IMG/VR virus record: IMGVR_UViG_3300033150_001973
Location: 1-52,314 of that record
Reading direction: 5' to 3' (one strand)
Source: a virus
Lineage: Duplodnaviria > Caudoviricetes
Length of the DNA stretch: 52,314 bases
Position 1 is the first letter of the stretch. Every line of letters begins with the position of its first letter. Below are positions 17,961 through 27,343 of this stretch, one piece after another. Below the pieces are notes generated by a model. It saw only the letters and a program-made list of their open reading frames with translations. It searched no databases and had not been told where the DNA came from. The translations under genes and the position numbers were made by a program.

Positions 17961-18347
17961 CTATTTTAAAGGTTCAATCTCAACTTCTATTCTTTCTTCT
18001 TTCTTATCTTTTACCATAATTCTTTGTGCGTGTATAATAGATATTTGGTTATCATTCAAATAGGCAAGTCCTTCAAGAGCATTTTCTATGCTTTTAACTA
18101 CATTAGACAAATCAGGTATTTTTGGTATTCTCTTTTTCTTTCTTGATATATCTTCCCTTTTTCCATAAACATAAACAATTATTCTTATCCATATTTCTGT
18201 TTTATATGGTCTTTCTCCTCTGTTTTGTTCTAAAAAGCACCAGGATATATTGTTCTGAAAATCTTTACTTACCTTATCTAAATATAATCTTCTACCAGCA
18301 ACTTTGTAAGTTATAGGAACTGCTTTACCTTCATAAACTATCCTCAT
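17961..18347 (-). CDS. rusA: RusA-family Holliday junction resolvase
   Basis: PDLSNVVKSIENAL...YLNDNQI (variant of PDxDNxxKxxxDAL...DDxQI). Confidence 0.8.
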   Translation of the reverse strand: MRIVYEGKAVPITYKVAGRRLYLDKVSKDFQNNISWCFLEQNRGERPYKTEIWIRIIVYVYGKREDISRKKKRIPKIPDLSNVVKSIENALEGLAYLNDNQISIIHAQRIMVKDKKEERIEVEIEPLK

Positions 18348-18375
18348 TTTTCAAATTCCTTCTTACTCATTTAAA

Positions 18376-18403
18376 ATTATAACAAAATTTTTTCTCTTGT
18401 CAA
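18376..18403 (-). promoter_or_regulatory. Leftward sigma70 promoter (rusA operon)
   Basis: Reverse-strand TTGACA-16-TATAAT with TG extension. Confidence 0.7.
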
Positions 18404-18473
18404 ATTTTTCCTAAAATTATATAATATATAATATAGACATTGACAAAAATTTTTTTAATGTATAATATAGGTG

Positions 18474-18502
18474 TTGACAAGAAAATAAAAATGTGATATA
18501 AT
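18474..18502 (+). promoter_or_regulatory. Rightward sigma70 promoter
   Basis: TTGACA-17-TATAAT with TG; a second TTGACA-15-TATAAT at 18440-18466. Confidence 0.8.
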
Positions 18503-18510
18503 ATAGGAAA

Positions 18511-18918
18511 GTGGAAATCAAAATGAAAAAATGTAAGTGGACAAATCTACTTAAATGCCCAGTTGAAAATCCAAATAATGAATATTGTTTTTGTTGTTTA
18601 AGCACTCAAGTTTATAATATATCTTTTACATTATCTAAATTGATTGATACACTTGTAGAAAGATATAGTAAATTACTTGGTAATCAAATTATAACTGAAT
18701 TACAAAAAGAGAAAGACCAAATTATACACAAGTGTAAATTTACTTCAATACTATCTTGTCCTTATTATGAAAAAGAAGGTAAATACCCAGATAATTTAGA
18801 AACCTGTCTTATTTGTATTAGTAAAAATGCACTTGAAAAAGTTTATAAACTTGATAAAGATTTTAGAGAAAGTTTAACTCGTATGGGAATACTTGTAAAG
18901 AAGGAGGTGAAAAAGTGA
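18511..18918 (+). CDS. Cys-rich protein with internal duplication
   Basis: CKWTNLLKCP..CFCC and CKFTSILSCP..CLIC. Confidence 0.65.
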   Translation: MEIKMKKCKWTNLLKCPVENPNNEYCFCCLSTQVYNISFTLSKLIDTLVERYSKLLGNQIITELQKEKDQIIHKCKFTSILSCPYYEKEGKYPDNLETCLICISKNALEKVYKLDKDFRESLTRMGILVKKEVKK

Positions 18919-19781
18919 AATATGAAGATATGTTAAAAGACATCAATAAAGCAGTTAAATTAGAAGAAAAAGCAAATAAATGGAAGAAAGAAGGTGAATT
19001 GCCACCTGTTGCTGAAATAAGTAAAGAATTAGGAATACCACCTACAAAAGTGAAACAATTTAAAAGAGATTTTGGTATTGATAACCTTAAACATAAACCA
19101 CCTGCTCATTGGAAAAATATAAAAAATAAAAGTAAAGAACATAAAGAACAAAAAAAGGAGGAAAAAATGACAGAAGAAAAAAGAAATGAAGGTGTAAATA
19201 CAAATGAAATTGCTTCTAAAGTAGCAAATGAAATTAGACAAGCACTTGAAGATAGGTTTAAACAAATTGAAGAAAGATTTAAACAAGTAGAGCAAAAGGT
19301 AGAACCAATCCATAAAAAAATTGAAGAAGAAGAGGAACAAAAGAGAAAACAACAAGAACAACAGAAAATAGAAGAAATTAAAAAACAGGGTCAAGAAGAA
19401 TATGCCAAGAAAATAATAGAGTATTGCAAACTTAATCCAGATGACCCCAAGTGTAAACCAGATGTTCTACCTGAAACTTTAAAGGATTTAATTGAGAAAA
19501 AAACAGAAACACCTGATACTGAAATTGTAATGAAATGTTTTATAGACCCTGATAATCCAGTTTGTAAAGAAGTGAAAGAGAAAGTTGATAAAGATGAAAA
19601 TATAAGAAAGCAAATTGCAACTAATCTTGGACTTAAACCATTTAGAAGTTGGGATGAGATACTTTCTTATGAGGAAAATGTTAAAACATTAACTAAAAGA
19701 TTACAAGAAGATAAAGAGTTAAGAGAGAAAATACTTAAGGATATAGATGTTGAGGAAAAGAAAAGCAGTTTTCCATTTTAA
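18915..19781 (+). CDS. Coiled-coil protein with possible N-terminal HTH
   Basis: VAEISKELGIPPTKVKQF; two CxxxPDxPxC repeats; internal AGGAGG/ATG at 19167. Confidence 0.65.
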   Translation: MKYEDMLKDINKAVKLEEKANKWKKEGELPPVAEISKELGIPPTKVKQFKRDFGIDNLKHKPPAHWKNIKNKSKEHKEQKKEEKMTEEKRNEGVNTNEIASKVANEIRQALEDRFKQIEERFKQVEQKVEPIHKKIEEEEEQKRKQQEQQKIEEIKKQGQEEYAKKIIEYCKLNPDDPKCKPDVLPETLKDLIEKKTETPDTEIVMKCFIDPDNPVCKEVKEKVDKDENIRKQIATNLGLKPFRSWDEILSYEENVKTLTKRLQEDKELREKILKDIDVEEKKSSFPF

Positions 19782-19818
19782 TTTAACTTAATTTAACTTG
19801 ATTAAATAGGGGGCAAAA

Positions 19819-20640
19819 ATGAGTTTAAGAAGTGAAAGATACAGACAATGGGTTATAAATGTTGGTAATGAACTTAAAAAAGAAAAAGGAAAAACATTTA
19901 AAGTAATGGATTTTTTAAAGAAATACGGAGCAAGTGCAAAGTGGTTAAAGTGGGTAGAAGAAGATTTTGGAATAAAATTTGAAAGAACAAGTAATAAAAA
20001 AATAGATAAACCACAAGTAAAAGAAGTAGAACAGGTGGATGAACAAGTTAAACCAGTAGAACAAGTAGAACCAACTGAAAAACAAATTGAACAAAAAGAA
20101 GTATTAGAAGTTGTAATAAACAAGTTGAAACAAGTTGAAACTATGTATAATTCACTTAAAGAAGAAGTAAATAGGGTTAAAGATATGAAAGATGAAGTAG
20201 AAAAGACAGTTGAAAACAAGTTAATGAATGAACTTAATAATATAAAAACTACTATAATTGAGAACATTAAACAAGCAGAACCAGTTGAAAATACACAACC
20301 TCAAAATCCAATAGGTCAAATAGAAGAAGAACAAACACAACCAATTGGACAAAGTCCTAATTTACAACCTGATAATACACCACAACAAGTGCAACAAAAT
20401 CAATTAGCACAAAATAATTGGTTTAATATGATACCAGTTGTAATAAAAGAACTAAAAGGAATAATAATTGATATTATGCAAATAAAACAAGCAACTCAAC
20501 CAGCACAACCTCAATCTGTTAATTCTTATGAAAAAGTATGGGAAGATTTAGAAAGAACAACAAAGTTTCTGAAAAATGGTGTAGATATGTATAGAAAATT
20601 GGGGATTGATTTCAGTAAAGTAAAGGAAAAAGAAGAATAA
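19819..20640 (+). CDS. Coiled-coil, Q/P-rich protein carrying two PIGQ motifs
   Basis: ORF with GGGGG RBS. Confidence 0.7.
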   Translation: MSLRSERYRQWVINVGNELKKEKGKTFKVMDFLKKYGASAKWLKWVEEDFGIKFERTSNKKIDKPQVKEVEQVDEQVKPVEQVEPTEKQIEQKEVLEVVINKLKQVETMYNSLKEEVNRVKDMKDEVEKTVENKLMNELNNIKTTIIENIKQAEPVENTQPQNPIGQIEEEQTQPIGQSPNLQPDNTPQQVQQNQLAQNNWFNMIPVVIKELKGIIIDIMQIKQATQPAQPQSVNSYEKVWEDLERTTKFLKNGVDMYRKLGIDFSKVKEKEE

Positions 20641-20647
20641 TTTACAC

Positions 20648-20677
20648 TTGACACCTACCAACTCTTTCAAGTAAAAT
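20648..20677 (+). promoter_or_regulatory. Putative late-class promoter
   Basis: TTGACACC-18 bp spacer-TAAAAT. Confidence 0.6.
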
Positions 20678-20683
20678 TATTGT

Positions 20684-21046
20684 ATGGAGAAATTCCAATT
20701 AAAACGGATATTAAAACAATTATTAGCAATTGAAGACCATTTAGAAGCAGGTTTAGAAGACCCAATTGATAGTCCATTATGTATTGATTGTTTACAAGAA
20801 AAACATATACCTCTTTTAGAAATATTATCATCAGAATGTATATCAGGAGTGTGTTCTACTGGTAAAGCAAGAGAGTTAATGAATGAAATATTTTCTTTTA
20901 CTCAAACTCTTAAAAGTGATATTAAAAATCCAACAGAAAAAACTCTAAAAAATCTATTAAGTCAAACAAGAAACTTAAGAAAACAAGTTTATAGTTTAAT
21001 ACAGGAAGGGAATAGTAATGACGAAACAGTTTACATTGAGCCATAA
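20684..21046 (+). CDS. Helical CxxC protein
   Basis: KQLLAIEDHL...CIDC.xKH...CxxxxC. Confidence 0.65.
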   Translation: MEKFQLKRILKQLLAIEDHLEAGLEDPIDSPLCIDCLQEKHIPLLEILSSECISGVCSTGKARELMNEIFSFTQTLKSDIKNPTEKTLKNLLSQTRNLRKQVYSLIQEGNSNDETVYIEP

Positions 21047-21530
21047 ATTACTACTTACAACTGGGGCTTTACTTGTTATATTCGGATTTACAAAACTATT
21101 ACAAGCAGAACCAATTACTACTACTCCACCTGAAAATTTACCTCAGTCAGTTAAAAGATGGTGGAACTTAATAGTTAAATATGCTAAACAATATGGAGTT
21201 GACCCAAAAGCAATAGCAACTATAATAGAAGTTGAAAGTAATGGTAATCCATCTATTACTGGTTCTTATGGTGAAATAGGACTTATGCAAGTATTACCTC
21301 AAACTGCAAATTCACTTGGATATAATTATACTTTACTTTATAATCCTGAATGGAATATAAAAATTGGAACTGAATATTTTGCTATGCAATATTATAAGTA
21401 TAAAGATTTTTATAAAGCGTTTTATTCCTATAATGCAGGCAGGTATCCTAGAACTGATAGTCCACAGGCACACAGTAACGCAACAAACTATGCAAACAGA
21501 TGTATAACAATATATTCAACACTCGTATAA
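21018..21530 (+). CDS. Membrane-anchored lytic transglycosylase (SLT)
   Basis: N-terminal TM; IEVES, GLMQV, NIKIG, SYNAG. Confidence 0.92.
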   Translation: MTKQFTLSHKLLLTTGALLVIFGFTKLLQAEPITTTPPENLPQSVKRWWNLIVKYAKQYGVDPKAIATIIEVESNGNPSITGSYGEIGLMQVLPQTANSLGYNYTLLYNPEWNIKIGTEYFAMQYYKYKDFYKAFYSYNAGRYPRTDSPQAHSNATNYANRCITIYSTLV

Positions 21531-21596
21531 GTAAAAGTAAAATATTGGTTTTGTTCCTTTCCCTATTACCCTTTTTTTCCTTCCTGTTTTTATAAA

Positions 21597-21649
21597 AGAG
21601 GGATAGATGAGGTTGATTACCTTTTTCTATCCCTCTCCTTCATTTTTTT
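21597..21649 (+). terminator. Long hairpin / probable terminator
   Basis: AGAGGGATAGA...TCTATCCCTCT stem with inner AGGT/ACCT, then T-run. Confidence 0.65.
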
Positions 21650-21660
21650 AAAATTATCTC

Positions 21661-21690
21661 TTGACACCCCCTATGAGCAAAGAATAAAAT
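21661..21690 (+). promoter_or_regulatory. Putative late promoter of the capsid operon
   Basis: TTGACACCCC-18 bp spacer-TAAAAT. Confidence 0.65.
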
Positions 21691-21726
21691 GTATATAAAC
21701 TTATGAAAGGAGGTGAAAATATAAAA

Positions 21727-22200
21727 ATGATAGAGAATGCAATTAACACGCTAAACAGTTTTGAAGTAGTTGGACTTCCAATTGGTAAGGCTGTAGGGTT
21801 CAGTTTAGCAGTGGCAACAACTGGAGCAATCAATGAATTACTTGATAAAGTTCTGCCTGCAAATATCCCAAGAATGCCTATACTTACTTCTGGTTTAATT
21901 GCTTACCTTTGCACACTTCCTTTTGTTGAAAGATTTCTAGGTAAAAGCGGTTCAGTTATGCTCTCACTTGGAGCATTGTTTACAGGAATTGAACAACAGT
22001 TTGATTTAAGTGGAAAAATTAAATCTGCTGTAAGTGGACTTACAGCAAGGATTACTCCACCTGCAGTTACTACTCCTGAAACTTCAACTGTAGGATATAT
22101 ACCAACAGCATCTGGAATAGGAACAGCAGGTGAAATTGGAATAGGTCAGTCAGAAGGTATTTCTGATGTTAAGTCAAGATTAAGAATGAATATGAAATAA
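21727..22200 (+). CDS. Multi-pass membrane virion protein
   Basis: Three hydrophobic segments; AGGAGGTG RBS; directly upstream of the MCP. Confidence 0.7.
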   Translation: MIENAINTLNSFEVVGLPIGKAVGFSLAVATTGAINELLDKVLPANIPRMPILTSGLIAYLCTLPFVERFLGKSGSVMLSLGALFTGIEQQFDLSGKIKSAVSGLTARITPPAVTTPETSTVGYIPTASGIGTAGEIGIGQSEGISDVKSRLRMNMK

Positions 22201-22228
22201 AAAATAGAAAAGGAGGTGAAAAAAAACT

Positions 22229-23227
22229 ATGATAATTCATACTTATACAATGACAGACACAATAAACTTCTCATCAGGAACAACAGTAAGTAAAGATATT
22301 GCAAGACAAGGATACATAACTCACATTGACACTTTACTTAAAGTTGTTTATGATACTGCTTCATCTGTTACAGCAAACGAAGACCCCTTTGCTAGATTGA
22401 TAGATGGTATGGGTATTTCAACAGCAGGAAGATATTACTACAATGTTTCAGATGGAAGACAGGCACTCTTTCTTGGTAGATGTCAATATCAGGATAATAT
22501 CAGAGTTGATAGCATAAGCACATCTGCAAGTCAGAGTGGTATTGTAGATTATATGGCAATACCCATACATCTTGGAGTTCAGTTTTATAATTCATCAGAT
22601 GTGACTGTTGTAATACCTGCTTGGGAACTTTCATCTTTGAAATTTGAAGTTGACTGGGGAACTAATTCTAGTTTAGGAACTGGATATACAGTTAGTGATT
22701 CAACTAAAATGTTCCTTACAATAAAAGAGATACTTCTTCAGGAAGGAGAAACTATAGAGGCAATTATGCCAGCAGGTAAACTCTTACCAAGAATGACCTC
22801 ATCTGAAAAAACTGTAGATAGTGCTTTCAGTAATTTGTCTCTTGAGCAGGATTTACCTGTTGGTGATTTGCTTTCCTGGATACTGCTTGTTGTTTATGGA
22901 AACACTTCTGCTACAAGATGTAATAATCTTGTAACAGAGTTGGCTATTAAGTTCCCAAGGGAAGCAACAACAGTATTTAAGAGTGATTTCTTACCAGAAG
23001 TTACAGCAACAAGAAGAAGATGGGCATTAAACAACGATTATAAAGGGGTTGTATTTCTTCCACTTTCAGAAGTAAGTGGAGATGAACTTGGATATGATTT
23101 GTCAGGGTATCAGGTAGGAGACGCTAAAATATGTTATTCAACTTCTCTATCTGATACAACTGAAGACAGTGCTCAAGCCAATGGTGGAACAATTTACCAG
23201 TTGTTCTACAACATTGGGCTTGGTTAA
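22229..23227 (+). CDS. Double jelly-roll major capsid protein, STIV B345-like
   Basis: Colinear similarity by eye to STIV MCP as I recall it (TINFSSGTTVSKDIARQGYI ~ TYAWTAGTNIPIKIPRNNFI; IPAWELSSL ~ FPATMVQNI; LLPRM ~ VLPKV; LPVGD ~ LQPGQ); 332 aa, beta-rich, perfect RBS, downstream hairpin. Confidence 0.82.
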   Translation: MIIHTYTMTDTINFSSGTTVSKDIARQGYITHIDTLLKVVYDTASSVTANEDPFARLIDGMGISTAGRYYYNVSDGRQALFLGRCQYQDNIRVDSISTSASQSGIVDYMAIPIHLGVQFYNSSDVTVVIPAWELSSLKFEVDWGTNSSLGTGYTVSDSTKMFLTIKEILLQEGETIEAIMPAGKLLPRMTSSEKTVDSAFSNLSLEQDLPVGDLLSWILLVVYGNTSATRCNNLVTELAIKFPREATTVFKSDFLPEVTATRRRWALNNDYKGVVFLPLSEVSGDELGYDLSGYQVGDAKICYSTSLSDTTEDSAQANGGTIYQLFYNIGLG

Positions 23228-23242
23228 TAAACTACAAAAAAG

Positions 23243-23286
23243 TGGAAGGGTATGAAGGTCTTGTCCCATCCTTCCTAGCCCTTCCA
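23243..23286 (+). terminator. Hairpin after the MCP gene (attenuator or mRNA stabiliser)
   Basis: TGGAAGGG..GAAGG...CCTTC..CCCTTCCA, no long U-run. Confidence 0.55.
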
Positions 23287-23311
23287 TCCTCTTACTAAAT
23301 AGATTGGGAGG

Positions 23312-23647
23312 GTGGAAATGAAAGAAAAAGAGCAAATGGGTATAGCGATAATAGGACTTCTATTAGGAGCAGTAGTAATTTATTTTCTTACAAGACCTGG
23401 ACAATCCTGGGGTGGAACTATTACACCTGGCACTACACCAGGAGGTCAACTCCCAGAAGGAGCATTAGGAGTAGTTGAAATTAAAGGAGTTGGAAAATTC
23501 TATCCAAGAAGTAGAGAAGAATTATATGAATTGCTAAAACTTAAAGCAATATATGAAGGAGTTTCTCAACTTCCAATATTCAGGTCTAATACACCAATTG
23601 GGCAACCAGCAAGTATTAAGGAAAGATTGAGACAAAATATGAAATAG
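23312..23647 (+). CDS. Membrane-anchored virion protein
   Basis: N-terminal TM; C-terminus PIGQPASIKERLRQNMK. Confidence 0.7.
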   Translation: MEMKEKEQMGIAIIGLLLGAVVIYFLTRPGQSWGGTITPGTTPGGQLPEGALGVVEIKGVGKFYPRSREELYELLKLKAIYEGVSQLPIFRSNTPIGQPASIKERLRQNMK

Positions 23648-23663
23648 GTAGGGTGAATGTATT

Positions 23664-24758
23664 ATGAAAGAAAAAAAGGGCAGTTTACTTTTATGGATAC
23701 TAGCAGGATTGGCTGGATATATATACTTAAAAAAAAGAGGATTTGAGTTTCCAACAATCTTTGGGATAACAGAAGAACCTATAAAATTACCTCATATAGA
23801 ACCACCTGAAACTGTCTCACCACAACCGCCAGAAACTACAACTAAGCCATCAGAAACTACTACTACGACAACTACTACTACGACTGAACAACCAGAAACT
23901 CAAACTCCAATACCTACACCAGAACAAACACCTACTAAAACTTTCACTATAACTATATACTGGAAAAACGCAGAAAAATTTGAAGAATTATGTGAACAGA
24001 ATAATATCAAACACGAAGTAGCTGGTTATCCTGATAGGTCTCACATAAAATATAAAATTGAAGGTGTTGAAAAGATAATTAAGTATAAAATACTTCCAGA
24101 AGTTAAAAAATTGGAAAAACAGAGACAACCTAAAGTAGTTATTGGTTCTGGAGGAGAAATTCTACCTATAATATCTGAATCAAAAGAAGAAAATATAAGT
24201 ATAGTAAATCAGAAATTTAAAGATTTTGCAGAAGATTTAGGAAATAGTAAAGTAAAAGTATTGTTAGTTATAGATACTTCAGTATACCAAAAGTTTTTAT
24301 CAGATTTCCAAAAAACAAAAGAGACAGATAAGATACCATTAGATTATACTCCTGAAAAATCACAGGTATATTATAAAATAGAAATTGAAACAAATTCTTC
24401 TCTAGCAAATTACTTTAAAGAACTAAATTGGGAAGTTGATAGAATAAAACTTAAACAGTTGAAAATACCTGTATCAACGGAAACTGATAAGAAAAAGGAA
24501 GTAATAATCATTCCGACATATAACTGGGGTGAGGCAACAATTATATTTGCTAAATATGGAGTAAAGTGGAAAATCTTATCTGTTTTTGTATATAGACCAA
24601 TATTCTTAATAGGTGACAGGGATTATATGTTCACTTTTATAGATAATTTCATAAAAGAAAATAAAGATGAAATAATTGTCAGAAAAAGACCTTATATAGT
24701 TGGTAATAAACTTTACAATGCTATTTTAATAAGTAAAGGAGGGGCAAATGGGAAATAA
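23664..24758 (+). CDS. Membrane-anchored protein with P/T-rich linker
   Basis: N-terminal TM, poly-Thr/Pro stalk. Confidence 0.7.
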   Translation: MKEKKGSLLLWILAGLAGYIYLKKRGFEFPTIFGITEEPIKLPHIEPPETVSPQPPETTTKPSETTTTTTTTTTEQPETQTPIPTPEQTPTKTFTITIYWKNAEKFEELCEQNNIKHEVAGYPDRSHIKYKIEGVEKIIKYKILPEVKKLEKQRQPKVVIGSGGEILPIISESKEENISIVNQKFKDFAEDLGNSKVKVLLVIDTSVYQKFLSDFQKTKETDKIPLDYTPEKSQVYYKIEIETNSSLANYFKELNWEVDRIKLKQLKIPVSTETDKKKEVIIIPTYNWGEATIIFAKYGVKWKILSVFVYRPIFLIGDRDYMFTFIDNFIKENKDEIIVRKRPYIVGNKLYNAILISKGGANGK

Positions 24759-27030
24759 GACTGGAGAGGAAAAAAAGGTAATATTATTTGGGGCTTTAGG
24801 GATAGGACTTTTATTATTTAAGAATAAATTATTTGGGATAACTGTAACTGATGTAGAAAATAGAATTAAAGAAGTTAATGACAAAATAGATAAATTGATA
24901 GAAGAAGCAAAAAGAACTCTTAACGAAGAACAAGCAAAGTTCCAGAATAAAGTTGCACAATCAGAAGAAACTATTGCTAAAAAAATACAAGAATACGAAA
25001 AGGCACTTGAATTACAGAGACAACAAATAAGCGATTTAGTAAAGAAACAAGAGGAATTAGCAAGGCAAAGAGCAGAACAAAGAAGTAAAGAAGTAGAAGC
25101 GAATTATCTTGAAGTTATGGCACAACTTAAAGAGGCAAAACTTAAGGAAGGAGAATTACTTGCTAAAATAAATAAAGAAAAACTTGAAGAAGCAGAAAAC
25201 AAAGTTTTACAAGAAGCACTTGCTAATAAAATAGCAGGTATTAAAGAAGCAATAGCCAGAGAAGAAAAAAACCTTGCAGAGATAGAGAAACAAAAAAATC
25301 TTGACGCTTCAGCCATTCTACAAAAACAGGCAGAAGCAAAGAGGAGATTATCAGAATTATTACAACAGCAGTCAAAACTCAAAGGAGAAGTAGAACTTTT
25401 TGAAGTAGCAGTTAAACTTAGTGAAGATTATGCAAAGATGGCTAATGAGGCAAGAACAAAGTTGGCAGAACAGGCAAGTGAAGCAAGAAAAGCATTGGCT
25501 AAACAACTTGAAGAAGATATAGCAAAACAGGCAGAATTAGCAAGTAAAGCAAGATTGCAATTAGCAGAACAACAGAGACAATTAGCAGAAGATTTATATA
25601 AAAAATCTCTACAATATGCTTCAGATTTAGCAACTGAAGCAAGTAAAGCAAGAGAAGAACAAGCAAAAATACTAAGAGAATTTGCTATGGAATTAGCAGA
25701 GAAAGAACACGAATATTCTACAAAATTGGCTGAACAAGCAGAACAAGCAAGATTAAAACAGGCAGAGTTGAACAGACAAGCGAGAGAAAATTTAGCAAAA
25801 GCAATGCAGGATTATACAAAAGAATTATATAATAAACATCAAGAAATAATTGAAGCATTACAGAATAAGATGAAAATATATGATGAGCAAATAGTTAATT
25901 ATAGAGCAGATGTAGAAAGAATAACAGAGGAATATAGAAAAATCAGAGAATTAGAACTTGCAGAAATAAAAAGAATAAGAACGACAGTTCTATTAAGAGG
26001 TGATTTAAGTGGTGATGGTAAAATAGATGTAACAGATTTACAAATACTACAGAAAATAAATAAAGGTGAACCATTTGAAAGAAAAGGACTTACATATAAA
26101 CCACCTTATCCATCGTGGATTATAAATTTAGCAGATATGGATTTAGATGGAATTGTATCTGATAGTGATATAAATAGGTTAAAAGAAATTATATCTGGAA
26201 CAAGAAAACAAATAACCGAAACCATACAATTTACTCCATTACAAACGGGATATTTGAATTATCTATCACTTGCACAGAGACATAAATTAGATGTTTTGAA
26301 TGCTTATATTGATGGTATGTATAGAGTAGTTATTGTATTTGGTTTTGATGACGATATATTTAAGTATAAAGAAGAAGGTGGAGAATTTATAGCAGAAATA
26401 AAATATCCAGAAGGACTATATTATAAAATTGACCGACAAGGACTTTGGGGAGTTACTTATGACCATATATGTCCTTTTTGCACAGATAAATATTATGCAC
26501 AACAATATAGAGAGGAAGAATATATGCCACCTGCAAATGTAGCACCTGAATTGTATAATAATATCAAACTTTTAAATGAAATGGGATACAAAATACTTAT
26601 AGGAAAAACTGTAGGTAGACTTCCTCCATATGATTATCACGGCAGATTTTTCACTATTACTTATCTATCTCCTCTTTCCAAAGAAGCCATTATAGATGGT
26701 TTTTACTTAACAAAATATGGTCGCTCTTATAAAGAAAATGGAACGTATGTAAATTTTAATTACTACTCACTTGGTTATCATAAACTTAAAGATATTGAAC
26801 AAAAATACAAAGTTAAAGTAACCATAAGAAGAAGTGAAAGTAAAACTAGGCTATATCGTGTAAAAAGTTTTAACTCACAGTATGTAAGATTATATGGTGC
26901 AAGTGGTAAACTAACAGAGGTTTATAAATATATTCCAGAAAAGGAACTTTATATATCTGGAATAGAAGCAAATATAGATGGTTTTATAACAGAAGGAAGT
27001 TTGCCTTGCTTAACACAGGTAGTTGCATAA
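24748..27030 (+). CDS. Membrane-anchored long coiled-coil protein with dockerin domain
   Basis: TM, ~380-aa coiled coil, GDLSGDGKIDVTD...ADMDLDGIVSDSD. Confidence 0.75.
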   Translation: MGNKTGEEKKVILFGALGIGLLLFKNKLFGITVTDVENRIKEVNDKIDKLIEEAKRTLNEEQAKFQNKVAQSEETIAKKIQEYEKALELQRQQISDLVKKQEELARQRAEQRSKEVEANYLEVMAQLKEAKLKEGELLAKINKEKLEEAENKVLQEALANKIAGIKEAIAREEKNLAEIEKQKNLDASAILQKQAEAKRRLSELLQQQSKLKGEVELFEVAVKLSEDYAKMANEARTKLAEQASEARKALAKQLEEDIAKQAELASKARLQLAEQQRQLAEDLYKKSLQYASDLATEASKAREEQAKILREFAMELAEKEHEYSTKLAEQAEQARLKQAELNRQARENLAKAMQDYTKELYNKHQEIIEALQNKMKIYDEQIVNYRADVERITEEYRKIRELELAEIKRIRTTVLLRGDLSGDGKIDVTDLQILQKINKGEPFERKGLTYKPPYPSWIINLADMDLDGIVSDSDINRLKEIISGTRKQITETIQFTPLQTGYLNYLSLAQRHKLDVLNAYIDGMYRVVIVFGFDDDIFKYKEEGGEFIAEIKYPEGLYYKIDRQGLWGVTYDHICPFCTDKYYAQQYREEEYMPPANVAPELYNNIKLLNEMGYKILIGKTVGRLPPYDYHGRFFTITYLSPLSKEAIIDGFYLTKYGRSYKENGTYVNFNYYSLGYHKLKDIEQKYKVKVTIRRSESKTRLYRVKSFNSQYVRLYGASGKLTEVYKYIPEKELYISGIEANIDGFITEGSLPCLTQVVA

Positions 27031-27042
27031 AAGGAAAAGAAA

Positions 27043-27330
27043 ATGAAGGGACTAATTTTTGCTGGATTAACAATTTATGGGTTAATTTTAGCAAGGAACT
27101 GGGCAAAAACAACTCCTAAATTACAAGATGGGGATATTTTAGTTCAGATACCTCCAATACCTATAAAAACACAACAAGCAGGTGGGCAAAATTTAGCAAG
27201 AATAGCATTTGGGACAGACATAAGGTATAACAAAGAAAAAGGATATTGGGAAATGATTTTACCACCAATTGTGATTAACAGACAACAGTTATCTCAATTG
27301 CCAGAGTTTATTAGAGAAATATTAACTTAA
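27043..27330 (+). CDS. Small membrane-anchored protein
   Basis: N-terminal TM. Confidence 0.6.
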   Translation: MKGLIFAGLTIYGLILARNWAKTTPKLQDGDILVQIPPIPIKTQQAGGQNLARIAFGTDIRYNKEKGYWEMILPPIVINRQQLSQLPEFIREILT

Positions 27331-27343
27331 AAGGAGGCAAATA

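Noticed and set aside
21531-21660. tRNA or other structured ncRNA gene
   Set aside because: Single long hairpin with a pyrimidine tract and no cloverleaf; better explained as a terminator
22229-23227. Archaeal host because of the STIV-like MCP
   Set aside because: Amidase, SLT, PG-binding domains and -35/-10 promoters indicate a bacterium
24748-27030. Tail tape-measure protein, implying a tailed phage
   Set aside because: No terminase, portal, tail tube or baseplate genes; the protein has an N-terminal TM anchor and a dockerin, and the capsid looks DJR
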